Shown in pieces: positions 24,608 through 37,061 of a stretch of 64,000 nucleotides of DNA. The position numbers and the translations under genes are program-made. The stretch comes from Eledone cirrhosa (lineage: Eukaryota). The notes under the pieces were generated by a model. It saw only the letters and a list, made by a program, of their open reading frames with translations. It searched no databases and was not told the origin of the DNA. The DNA lies in NCBI GenBank assembly GCA_964016885.1, contig CAXHJY010001373.1:26040-90039 (forward strand). Reading direction: 5' to 3'. Positions within the stretch are counted from its first letter, which is position 1. Each line of letters begins with the position of its first letter.

Positions 24608-24820
24608 TTAACCCTTTAGCATTTCTATTACTCTATATATACTATTGTATTTTCGCAGTAAGGCTTTATCTCACATAATATTGAAACTACAAGATTTTAA
24701 TGTTATTTATTTTGAGAACAATACCTTAAGATTAGTATGAGTGGCCGGATACAGCTGGTTTGAACAGAAAGGTGAGAGAATTCTGGCTTGATATGGCCAG
24801 TTTAAATGCTAAACGGTTAA
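24608..24820. mobile_element. piggyBac-type MITE P1
   Basis: TTAA-CCCTTTAGCATTT...AAATGCTAAACGG-TTAA. Confidence 0.78.
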
Positions 24821-25904
24821 GGTCAGCTTTGTCATACTTTCCTGGTCAATATAATGAATTGTGAAACAGTGAGTTGATATAATGTGGTTTGGCTTCATTT
24901 CCAAGCTGTAATAATTTCACTTCATTTGAGAATCTTATGACTCTCACCATCACTACCATCACATTACATCATTGAACTTTTATTGGAGGTAACCATCATT
25001 GTCACCCTTACATCATATGTACCAGTAATATGAGATTGGTTCATTCAGCTGTTCATCTCTCTTGTATAAGAACAAAATTGTTTAACAATTTAACCACGAA
25101 TGCTCCCATGAAAATCATGGCCACCTCATTTGACCTCCTCTTTCACCTTCCACACACATACTTCATGTTGTTGTTGTTGTTTTGTTAAAAGAAATTTAAT
25201 ATTTAATTATTTCAAGCTTTTCTGAAATTTCTAAAGTGGACCACCATGTTCCGAGTGTGTGTGTGTGTTCACACGTGTGTGTCTATGTGCACATGTGTGG
25301 ATGTTGTGATTGTGTGAGAATATGGGTGTGTTTGTGTGCGTATGAGCGAGAATGTCAGACTGTGTTAGTGTGTGTCTGTCTGTTTCTTGGAACAGTTTTT
25401 TTTTTAATTTTGTTTGTATCTAAGGACATTATGATGATGTAAGTAAAACAACTTCTTCATTAAATACATAGTGAAGGACATGTTACCTTTTGTAAGGGGA
25501 AAGAAGCAACATTTATCTTGTTTTTTGTCTTGCATATTATTTCTTCTTTTTATCTGTGTGTTCTTTGTTTCAGCAAGCTGCAGCTATTGGATATAAATGA
25601 CATTGCTTAAAGGTTCTTCTAACTCCCTTCCTTGCCCTACATCCTGTGGTAGATCTTTTAAGAGATGTCCTTTAAACTAATAAAACATTTCTTTAATTCC
25701 CAAAGGCATTCTATGATCCTAATTCTCAGAATTTCAAATAGATTTATTGATTTCAATAAGATAGCTTTAATCTAAAAAGATTGTCAGTAAAGTATATAAA
25801 AATTAAAATATTAAAAAAAATGTTTCTCTAAGTTTTTGCTTTCAAATTCACCATTCTGTTTGTTAGTTAGCATAAAAATCTCCTCACCTCTACCACTTTC
25901 ACTG

Positions 25905-26045
25905 AAAAATCCATTAACTCATGAAAAAACTCATTAACTCATGAAAAAACCCATAAGAAACTCATTAACTCGTGAAAAAAAAAACCTCATGAGAAACCCA
26001 TTAATTCATGAAAAAACCATGAGAAACCCAGTAACTCATGAAACA
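25905..26045. repeat. Short degenerate tandem repeat (cattaactcatgaaaaaa)
   Basis: About 5 imperfect units. Confidence 0.7.
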
Positions 26046-26660
26046 AACAGTAGATACTGTGGTGATATTTCATTGTTCAGTATTAAATAGTATTCTAATT
26101 TGGTTTTGTATTGAATAGAAATTTGCTTTGTTTAACTCAAATTTCTAATGAAAGACACTGCCTGTGTGTTTGAATTAATTTTGACAATAACCAAGAATTT
26201 GGAAGGATTTAGTATAGTGATTAAGTTTCTCATTATTAAACTAGCATTTGGAACATAACAAATGTTCCTATATAAAATGCAATGTTTAATTTTAAATATA
26301 AAGTCTGAATACAAGCAGTTACTTATAACACCAGAGATGGTTTGATATCAAAAGAGTTAAATACTCTGATGGTTTTTGTGTCTCTGTTTATTAATTCTAT
26401 ATCACCAAACACATCCATTATAATTGTTTAGTGAAGAATTAAATAATATAACTAAGTTTCTCATTATTTATTTGGTGTTTGGAACATAACTTAACAATGG
26501 TTCATACATAGGGTTGAGATGGAAGGATAAACACTTAAAAATAAACAGCTTAGTATTATTGTAGAACCAAGGGCAGTTTTAGGTGGGTTGCTATCTGATA
26601 ATTTTCATGAGAGATTGGTAGATATAGTTAAATCAGTATCCGCTAATGATTTACTGTTGG

Positions 26661-26845
26661 TTAACCCTTTAGTATTTACATTACTCAATATTTACCATTG
26701 TATTTTCATGGTAAATACTATCTCACATACTATTTTGAGAACAATACCTTAACATAAGTGTGAGCAGCAGGTTATGGCCGGTTTGAACAGAAACAGGTGA
26801 GAGAATTCTGGCTGGATATGGCCAGTTTAAATGCTAAAGGGTTAA
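26661..26845. mobile_element. piggyBac-type MITE P1
   Basis: TTAA-CCCTTT(T)AGTATTTA...TAAATGCTAAAGGG-TTAA. Confidence 0.78.
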
Positions 26846-27376
26846 ATATGTACTGTTCAGTAATTGGGCGTGGCTAAATTAACACTTTCATTACTTTATT
26901 TTTAATGAAAGACACTGCCTATGATTTTCAAATAATTTTGAAAATAATCAAGAATTTTGAGGGATTAAGTAATATGACTAATTTTCTCATTATTTAGTTA
27001 GTATTTGGAACATATCTGAACAAAGATAGAATTATGTTGAAAGAAAGTTTATAGATAAACAAACATTTTAAAGCTAACAGTTTTTGTATTATAGAACCAG
27101 GTGCTGTTTTAAGCAGTTTGGTATCAAATGTGTTAACTTTCTTTATGCTTTTAGGTAAGGCATGAATGCCCTGCAATCTCATTACAATCCCCTCCCATCT
27201 CAATGCTGTCATGTCTAAAGAAGTAAAGGAAAAGATGCATTGTTGTTTTCTTCATGAACACCTTTTTGATACTGTACACTTCGCTCTTGATCAGGTGTAA
27301 GGACTGGTTCACTTGTGTGTATGTGTATTTTTCTGTGAGGATGGTATGGTTGTCTCTCTCGCTCTCTCTCTCTCAT

Positions 27377-27473
<97 letters not shown>

Positions 27474-27508
27474 GATATTGAATCTCTTCTTCTCCTGACT
27501 TCCGACAG

Positions 27509-28672
27509 TACTGCGGGTGGAGGCTGGAGGTGGCCGCACTTCGTCACTCTTTCCGATGTCTTCGTCTTCTTCGTCGGTGATGATGATGATGGACAGCAGC
27601 GGAGCTGGTGGCGGTGTTGGCAGTGGTGTTGGTGTTAATGGTGGAGCCGTACTACAAACAGTGGAAGTCCACAACACCTCACCGATCACCTCTACACCAC
27701 CATCCCCTACTAATGCCACCACTGTTGCTGCTACTACTGCTGCTGCTGTTGCTACCACTACTACTCCACCTCCTACTTCTACTGCTGTTGATGATAATGA
27801 GGATGTTGCTAATGATGAGGATGATGATGCTGATGCTGTGGATGACACGACGATGACCGCCACACGACCCAATGTTGCTCTGCCGGCCGTGCTAAGTACG
27901 TCAGGTTCCGCTCCACCCTCTTCTTCTCATTCCTCCACCTTTCGCTACTCTTTCTCCTCCTCATCCCACTCCTCTGTGTCTGACTGCTCCTCTGCCCGCT
28001 CCTCAATGTCAGCCTCCTCCTCATCTTTGGCTTCCTTTGTCTCTTCCTACTCCACCGTCTCTCTGTCGTCATGTCCGTCCACCACCGTCGAACTTCCAGG
28101 AACAGTTGAGGAATCCTCTCCCACCATTACTGCTAACAGCCCCACCACCACCACCACTGCTAACAGTCCCACCACCACCACTGCTAACAGTCCCATCACC
28201 ACCACTGCAAACGGTACCACCACCACTGCTCACAGCCCCACCACCATCACTACAGCTAACAGTCCCACTATTGCCACCACTACCACTGCTACCAGTCCTA
28301 ACACCACCACCACCAACACTACCCCATACACTCCCGCCACCACTGCAAACAGTCCCACCAGCACTGCAGCTATTAGCCCCACCACCACCACCACCATCAC
28401 CATTGACACCTCAGATTTGACTGTCACCATAGATACAGCAGAGGAGCCAGTAGAAGACATCAACCCTCTACCATTACCTCCTGCCCCTTCTCCACCATCA
28501 CCACCACCACCTCCATCGTCACCACCACTACCTCCATCACCAACACCACCAACACCACCACCTCCACCACCATCATCACCGCCACTACCACCGCCGTCTG
28601 TTCCTGCAGTGATTGTGTCATCATCCTCCGTTGCATTGAATCTACCAGCTAAAGTATCCCTCCATGCCACAG
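27509..28672 (+). CDS. Large symmetric (phase 1-1) exon, Ser/Thr/Pro-rich low-complexity with an acidic patch; probably the same host gene
   Basis: (CT)n polypyrimidine tract, CTGAC branch-like motif, then cAG| at 27508. Open frame of 1164 nt (388 codons) ending at CAG|GTGAGA. Codon-varied low-complexity sequence, not a pure microsatellite. Confidence 0.65.
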
Positions 28673-29583
28673 GTGAGACAAACATATGTTCACACATATA
28701 CCTACCCACACACCCACACACACACACTTGTGTGTATATATATATATATATATATATACACCCACATACATATGACATATACACGCAGTCTTATACAGAC
28801 GTACATAAATGGCTCAAGAGATAGATATTCCTTCATGCACATGCACACACATATACATACATACACACACATAAATGATATACACATTTGTGTATATATA
28901 TACACACATACACACATAAATAGCATATACATGCAATCATATTCAGACATACATAAATGGCTCAAGAGATAGGTATATATTCATTCACACACATGCACAC
29001 ACACACACACACACATGCACACACACACACACATACATACATACACACACATATACATACCATATACACACACATATACATACCATATACACACATACAT
29101 GGTTGATGATACATAAATACAGTCACAGATACACATGCATAGTACCTCTCACATACATACATATACAGTCATACTCACATGCATAAATGGCTCAATTCAT
29201 GCAAACATAGTCACACACATACACACACACACACACACACCTTCACAAAGGTAGATATGTTCTTGTACCTAATTTAAGAGGAGAAGAATCTGGTGTAGGG
29301 GTTCAATTTGGTGTGAGGAAGAGTGTCATGTCCGTTGGACCTTATCTTAAGATAGCACCACACAAATCCTACTACTGTTACTACTACTACATGAAAATCA
29401 ATTGAATATAGAGGTTAGACTGTGTGTGTGCGTGCGTGGTGGTTTTTAAACATTTTTACTAGTATGTTATGTAGTGGACTTTATATATTTATATACAAAG
29501 CCGAGCCTTACAACTGTTGCTACTCTGCTTCTCTCATTTCCATTTTTCATGTATGTGTGTGTATGAATATATATATATATATA

Positions 29584-29915
29584 GGAGGCACATGGCTTAG
29601 TGGTTAGAGCATTGGCCTTGCAATCGAAAGGTTGTGAGTTCAATTCTCAGACCGGGTGATGTTGTTTCCTTGAGCAAGACACTTTATTTCACATTGCTCC
29701 AGTTTACTCAGCTGTAGAAATGAGATGATAGGACTGGGGTCCCTATCATTCCACTGCAAAGTGGACGTGTAGGCGCCACGGAAAAAAAGCACCCAGCACT
29801 CACTGTAAATGAGGTTGGTGTTAGGAAGGGCATCCAGCTGTAGAAATCATGCCAGAATCAGTTCCCGTCACACCCTTGCATGTAGGGAAAAGCGGACGTA
29901 AAATGAAATGATGAT
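29584..29915 (+). mobile_element. tRNA-derived SINE (family S1) with an RTE-A-like 3' tail
   Basis: A-box TGGCTTAGTGG, B-box GAGTTCAATTC, central ccttgagcaagacactt domain, and tail ggtgttaggaagggcatccagctgtagaaa...ggacgtaaaatg(atg)n. Confidence 0.9.
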
Positions 29916-30320
29916 ATATATAATAATAACGATTTGTTATATCTTCATTACCCTTATTATTATTACACTCTGCTTAGTACTACACCTCTATACTTACTGG
30001 AAACTATGCATCGAGTGCTCACTCTGGTGAACCTACAGTAACTGGACATTACAATCCCTATATATATATATATACATCATCATATAATGATACTGTGTTT
30101 CAATGGGGAATATGTGCACTGTATCCTTGCGTGTCATAAGAGTCGACTCGAAAGGCTTGGTGCCAGGAAGGGCATTCAGCCATAAAATCATAAAATATTG
30201 CCTCATAAACGACTCCATGATGAGCGTAAAGCCTTTTACAGGGTCTGAATCGCTAACCCCTGCTTTAGTAGAGAAAATGAACCTAAAATATTTGCATACT
30301 TGCTGCTACTGCATATATAT

Positions 30321-30545
30321 ATATTAAAATTAGAAATAGCTTTCGCCGTATTTTTTTGACTAAAGAAATTTTAGCCTGATAGGGGGGTTTAGATCCCTCA
30401 AAAAAATGTAAAAAGGTGAGGGTTCTAAACCCCACTATCAGACTAAAATTTCTCTAGTCAAAAATACGGCGAAAGCTTTATTTCTAATTTCAATATCACT
30501 CGCTGTTTAAAGACATACTTATGTAAATATACTTGCTTGTATAAA
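30321..30545. mobile_element. Fold-back element 4: ~80-bp diverged inverted repeat, (TA)n on the left, probable tail on the right
   Basis: Arms 30321-30400 and 30417-30496. CGAAAGCTT (GAAA + palindrome) near the outer end. Tail end uncertain. Confidence 0.75.
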
Positions 30546-30760
30546 TGTCATATGACAAAAGGTAAGTATTTATTATTCATGAAATCAGTCAAACTGGGAT
30601 AGTGTTTGTTTCATTTGGTTCCTATGTCTCTACCGAAACTCATCAGTAATATATTTTGACTGCAATAATACCCAACTTCCCGAATATATATTTCCACTAT
30701 AGTAGTCTGGTGTGGTTGTTGCAACCAAGAGAGGTCGAGATACCCAAGCTCTTTCATATA

Positions 30761-31093
30761 CAGAGTACCCCTGGCATTCGTGGTCCCGGCATTCACAGTC
30801 CTGGTTATTAGCAGAATTTTCCTTAGAACCTAACTAATAGTTGTTCTTGGAAACCACTGCATATTCGTGGAATTGTAAATATCTTCCGCGGTTTTTTCTT
30901 GTGGCTTTTTTCGTGGCAATATAGATTTTTTTCACACTTTTTAATGCTAAATTATTAATAACAATATACCGTATTTGTCAGCCTATATTTTACTTTGTTT
31001 TGACTTTATAGTCATTTTCATGGACCATGTCACGGCTTTTCACTCTTCATGGGTGCTCTAGGAATGTAACCCACGAACACCGAGGGACAACTG
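30761..31093. mobile_element. Tigger/pogo-like MITE
   Basis: TA-CAG...CTG-TA with imperfect TIRs (cagagtacccctggcattcgtgg and ccacgaacaccgagggacaactg). Confidence 0.5.
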
Positions 31094-31104
31094 TATATCC
31101 AGTT

Positions 31105-31520
31105 TTGCTATAGTTTCTACAACTGGATGCCCTTTCTGACACTAACCACCTTACAAATTTTGAGTACATTTTATTGTGACACTAATACTGGAGTGGTGGT
31201 TGTTTTCTACAAACCCAAAGACCTCTCTGTACCCTACATTGTCTCCTTTTGATTGCTGGAGTAAAAAAAAAAAAGGGCAAAGACCAGCAGTCGCCCTTGC
31301 AAACCAGTCTCTCCTCTCCACGCCACCGATGTTGTCCAACGGAGAGGCAACGGCCAATACAGCTTGGCACCAGTGACGTTGTAACTCATTTCTACAGCGG
31401 AGTGAACTGGAGCAATGTGAAATAGTATCTTGCTCAAGAACAACGCAAAGTCCAGTCTGAGAATCGAACCCACAACCTCACGGTCATCAGCCCTAAGCTC
31501 TAACCAGCAAGCCTTGCGCA
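31105..31520 (-). mobile_element. Related tRNA-headed SINE (diverged)
   Basis: Head ggcttgctggttagagc...gggttcgattctcagac; central cttgagcaagatact; RTE-like ggcatccagttgtagaaa tail. Confidence 0.65.
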
Positions 31521-31669
31521 TTCATATTTTTGGAGTATACTAGGTTTATTTTATTGTGGCATCAACACTAGATAGGTACTCATATCCTTTGCAAAGCTAG
31601 AGACACCACTTTACTCCACCTAGTCTCGTGGGAATGGGAGAGTGATATTTAAATATATTTTAATATACT

Positions 31670-31899
31670 TTAACTCTTTAGCATTTACATTACTCTATAT
31701 TTACTAATGTATTTTCATGGTAAAGGCTTTACCTCACATAATTATCCCACATAATATTGAATCTATGAGATTTTGATATTATTTATTTTGAAGGAAAATG
31801 CCTTAACATAAATATGAGCAGCCAGTTTTGGCCGGGTTGAACAGAAAGAGGTGAGAGAATTCTGGCCGGATACAGCTGGTTTAAATGCTAAAGGGTTAA
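31670..31899. mobile_element. piggyBac-type MITE P1
   Basis: TTAA-CTCTTTAGCATTTA...TAAATGCTAAAGGG-TTAA. Confidence 0.78.
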
Positions 31900-31931
31900 A
31901 ATACTAACAGGCATGGAATGATTTATACTGT

Positions 31932-32145
31932 TTAACCCTTTCATTACCATATTTCTAACAAAAGGCACTGCAAATGATTTTGAGATAATTTTGGAATTTA
32001 GAGAGATTTGATAATACTAGCTTTTTCAATAAGCTGGTTTTTAAAGCATAACTTAGTGAAGATAGATAAATATAAACACTTTAAAGCAAACAGTTTTGTA
32101 TTATAGAACCAAGATTTCTATGTGGGTTGGTATCAGAGGGGTTAA
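31932..32145. mobile_element. piggyBac-type MITE family P2 (other copies at 26132-26360 and 26879-27136)
   Basis: TTAA-CCCTTTCATTACC...GGTATCAGAGGGG-TTAA, with shared internal ttatagaacca..ggtttggtatca. Confidence 0.62.
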
Positions 32146-33060
32146 ATTTGTCACCTGAACATGGGGGCTATAGAGTAACTAATCTGTCTCTGATTTTTCT
32201 GCTATATATATATTTTTCTATAATCAATATTTAGTATATCTCATAACAATGTGTGTGTGTATACATTTTTACCAGTGTTTGTGTTTTATCTAACCACCTT
32301 CCACTATCATGACATAACCGTATCACCATTACTCTTATTCTAGCTACCATCACATATTCATACCACCATCACCTACTTAGCTATCATCAACTACCTTCAC
32401 ATGTCTCTACCATCTTGACATGGCTCTACAGTAACTACCATCTCATATTCATATCACCATCACCTACTTCTACTGTAGCTTCACATATCCATGCCACCTT
32501 GACATCACTCTACAGTAATTACCATCACATATTCATACCACCATCACAAAATCCTGCCAACTTGATCTGCCTCTGCTCTGTATACCATCCAGTATTACCA
32601 TCACATGATCACACTACCATCAACTTATGATGTATTTCTACTGAAACTACCATTACATCAACATACCACTAACACTATCACCACCACATGCCTCTACTCT
32701 AGCTTCTATTTATCATACTAATGTCACCACCACAAGATCATACCACCATGATCTGCCTCTACTATAAGCTAACATCCACCATCACATGTCCATAACTCTA
32801 TCACTTATTATGTATATATATCCATACCACCAGCCACTCCTATCATATCAGTATCAAGATTGTAGTTAGCACTCTACAACACACAGGAAACTACTAGTCA
32901 TGACAATGATGATGATTAATGATGGTTTCTCTTTGAGTGTTCTCTATAATTATATTGTGAAGTTGCTGTTCTCTCTATATATATGTATGCAGGATTGTTC
33001 ATACACACCTACCCATCCACCAACACCTACCCACATACACACACATATGTTTGTATATTC

Positions 33061-33179
33061 TTTTATTACTTTACTGGTTTTTTATATCGACCCCAGTACT
33101 TTCTTTTTTCAAGTTTTGCACTTATTTTGTTGAATCACGAAGTTACAGGACATAAACAGTAAACGTAACTGACACACAC

Positions 33180-33242
<63 letters not shown>

Positions 33243-33408
33243 TACATACACACAATGGGCTTCCACACAGCTTCTGTCAAAATTTACTCACAGAATTTAC
33301 TCGATCTAAGGCTATTGTGGAAAACACTTGTTCAAAGTGTTAAGCAATGGGACTGAACCCAAAAGCATGTGGTTGCGAAGTGAACTCCTTAACCACACAG
33401 CCATGCCT
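33061..33408 (-). mobile_element. Composite SINE with internal (CA)/(TA) microsatellite
   Basis: Minus-strand head aggcatggctgtgtggttaag...gggttcagtccca. A diverged relative lies at about 45090-45345. Confidence 0.6.
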
Positions 33409-33441
33409 GAGACTACTGTGTGTACATATATTTATTCATTA

Positions 33442-33510
33442 AGCTACTTTTCTGATGAAGCTTAGCGAATACAACAATTTGCTGAAACATTGTGGTCATG
33501 TAAGATTGCT
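33442..33510 (+). ncRNA. Hammerhead-like motif with decayed stem I
   Basis: CUGAUGA-AGC...GCU-GAAA-CAU-uguggUC-AUG-UA. Core, stem II and stem III are intact; stem I pairs poorly. Confidence 0.5.
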
Positions 33511-34590
33511 AAATACTAATAACATATATTTAGAATCCTTATTCAATTTAATCAAATTTATCCCCTTAAATATCTAGCCCTGACCCTGCGTCTATGTTAG
33601 AAATATTCCTCACTCCAGATGAGTAATACAATAATTGTCTTCCCCAGGAGCAATATAATATAGTAGCAGTTGATTATACCTCTTCCCTGAACTTATCATC
33701 ATCATTACCATTCTTATTATTTACTTAATAAACCAACCATTATTTACTTATGGCTCTTCATGTTTTTAGTTTCCATTTCCACTGAGATCCCAACTTTGCC
33801 TTTCATCCTTCCAAGGGTTGATAAAATAAAGTACCAATCAGCTATTGGGTTGATATAATCAACTTATCCCTTGTCCCAAAGACTGGATGGTAGAATCAAT
33901 GAACGGATATTTATTTGTGCCCCTTTACATTCTGGGTCAGGTTGTAATAATATACTGAATCAATTTAAATGACTCCTGCCTCCACAAATGTGTGGTATTG
34001 TGTTATTGTGTCTATATTAGAAATTATTATCAAAATGTTAATGATAATGCATGTATGTGTAGTGTTTTCTTGTGTCTATGTTGTCATGTGGATGTTTCTT
34101 ATGTTGTCACATTTATGTTATCACGTCTATGTTGTATAAGTCCAGCACCTCTGTTATAGTGTATTAACAATTTCCACTTGTACTATCGCTATCTGATAAA
34201 TAACTCTTGTCATCTTTGTTGTATACTATCTCTGCTATTGCAGCATCTTTTTAAGGATGCCACTCAAACCTCTCTCTCTCTTTCTCTCCATCTTACTCTT
34301 ATGCAAATATTCAAGTTTGAAAACTGTAGTTTTTATAAACATGTTTTTGTTCCTAATTGTTGCTTATTTAATATCACCTCTTCTGCTGTTGTTAACATAT
34401 AAATATATATATGAATATATATATTGGGAGTTATCAGTTCGGACTAGTAAAACCATTATATATACATATATATTAAATGTATGTGTGGGTAGTGCTTTTG
34501 TGACTGGCAGCACCCTAAATGAAAGGATGTGACCTTCATAACAATTTGATGTACTTTATGGAAAGCAGTGAACTGAACTGCACTCTAGAT

Positions 34591-34875
34591 CAAGGGGTCC
34601 CCAAAATGGTCGATATCAGCCCCCAGGGATCGATAGGGTGACCAAGGAGGTTAAATGAACTTTTGGTTCAAAACCTGACATTTATATAAGAAATAAAGAT
34701 ATGTAAAATAATACAGTAAAGTACAACTTACTTGTATGTACAGATTTCTGATTTATATAAAAGTTAGTCTTTATGCTCTATTTATTTTATACTGTTTATT
34801 TATATATTTATGTACATGTCTGCAGTCAATGGAGAGTCAAGGTTTCTGTGAAGGGGGTCAATAGAATAGTCCCTG
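34591..34875. mobile_element. hAT (Charlie-like) MITE, decayed
   Basis: CAAGGGGTCCCCAAA...GTCCCTG, with candidate TSD ctctagat/ttgtagat. Confidence 0.5.
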
Positions 34876-35059
34876 TTGTAGATATGTATTCAGGTAGCCT
34901 GTATCTCACTAAGTCTGAGACTATATTATGAATCTGAAAGTTGTTTCAGTTAATCAATAAATCTTAAACCAGTTACAGGGGTTTCCAGTCAACAACTGCT
35001 GTCAGTCACACATAACAGCACCTATAGTGTAAACATGTTGCTTCACATATACCTATGCA

Positions 35060-36193
35060 TTATATATATATAGTATGTGTATATATATATATATATATAG
35101 TATGTGTATATATATTTATATATATATAGTATGTGTATATATATTTATATATATATAGTATGTGTATATATATTTATATATATATAGTATGTGTATATAT
35201 ATTTATATATATATATAGTGTGTATATATATTTATATATATATAGTATGTGTATATATATTTATATATATATAGTATGTGTATATATATTTATATATATA
35301 TATAGTATGTGTATATATATTTATATATATATATAGTATGTGTATATATATTTATATATATATATAGTATGTGTATATATATTTATATATATATATAGTA
35401 TGTGTATATATATTTATATATATATATAGTATGTGTATATATATTTATATATATATAGTATGTGTATATATATTTATATATATATATAGTATGTGTATAT
35501 ATATTTATATATATATATATAGTATGTGTATATATATTTATATATATATATAGTATGTGTATATATATTTATATATATATAGTATGTGTATATATATTTA
35601 TATATATATATAGTATGTGTATATATATTTATATATATATATATAGTATGTGTATATATATTTATATATATATATATAGTATGTGTATATATATTTATAT
35701 ATATATATAGTATGTGTATATATATTTATATATATATATATATAGTATGTGCATATATAGTATGTGTATATATATTTATATATATATATAGTATGTGTAT
35801 ATATATTTATATATATATAGTATGTGTATACATATTTATATATATATAGTATGTGTATATATATTTATATATATAGTATGTGTATATATATTTATATATA
35901 GTATGTGTATATATATTTATATATAGTATGTGTATATATATTTATATATAGTATGTGTATATATATTTATATATCTAGTATGTGTATATATATTTATATA
36001 TATATATATAGTATGTGTATATATATTTATATATATATATATAGTATGTGTATATATATTTATATATATATATAGTATGTGTATATATATTTATATATAT
36101 ATATATAGTATGTGTATATATATTTATATATATATATATAGTATGTGTATATATATATATATATATATATAGTATGTGTATATATATATATAT

Positions 36194-36256
<63 letters not shown>

Positions 36257-36284
36257 GTATGTGTGTATATATATATATATATAT

Positions 36285-36320
<36 letters not shown>

Positions 36321-37061
36321 GTATGTGTATATATATATAGTATGTGTATGTATGTGTATATATATATAGTATGTGTATGTATGTGTATATATATATAGTA
36401 TGTGTATATATATATATAGTATGTGTATATATATTTATATATATATATAGTATGTGTATATATATTTATATATATATATAGTATGTGTATATATATTTAT
36501 ATATATATATAGTATGTGTATATATATTTATATATATATATAGTATGTGTATATATATTTATATATATATATAGTATGTGTATATATATTTATATATATA
36601 TATAGTATGTGTATATATATTTATATATATATATAGTATGTGTATATATATTTATATATATATATAGTATGTGTATATATATTTATATATATATATAGTA
36701 TGTGTATATATATTTATATATATATATAGTATGTGTATATATATTTATATATATATATAGTATGTGTATATATATTTATATATATATATAGTATGTGTAT
36801 ATATATTTATATATATATATAGTATGTGTATATATGTGTATATATATTTATATATATATATAGTATGTGTATATATATTTATATATATATATAGTATGTG
36901 TATATATATTTATATATATATATAGTATGTGTATATATATATTTATATATATATAGTATGTGTATATATATTTATATATATATAGTATGTGTGTGTATAT
37001 ATTTATATATATATAGTATGTGTGTGTATATATATATATATATATAGTATGTGTATATATA
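35060..37061. repeat. AT-rich compound minisatellite, unit about 30 bp (agtatgtgtatatatatttatatatatat)
   Basis: 2-kb tandem array. Confidence 0.95.

Noticed and set aside
25573-25611. Candidate small exon after a polypyrimidine tract (tttcag|caagc)
   Set aside because: Weak donor and no recognisable protein similarity; cannot be supported without RNA data.
27517-28824. Stand-alone 435-aa gene
   Set aside because: A strong donor at 28672 and microsatellite-derived C-terminal residues indicate an internal exon; the GTG start is not credible.
29584-29660. tRNA-Cys-like gene (GCA anticodon loop); also at 63334 and 11278
   Set aside because: No acceptor stem or terminator; it continues into the SINE body.
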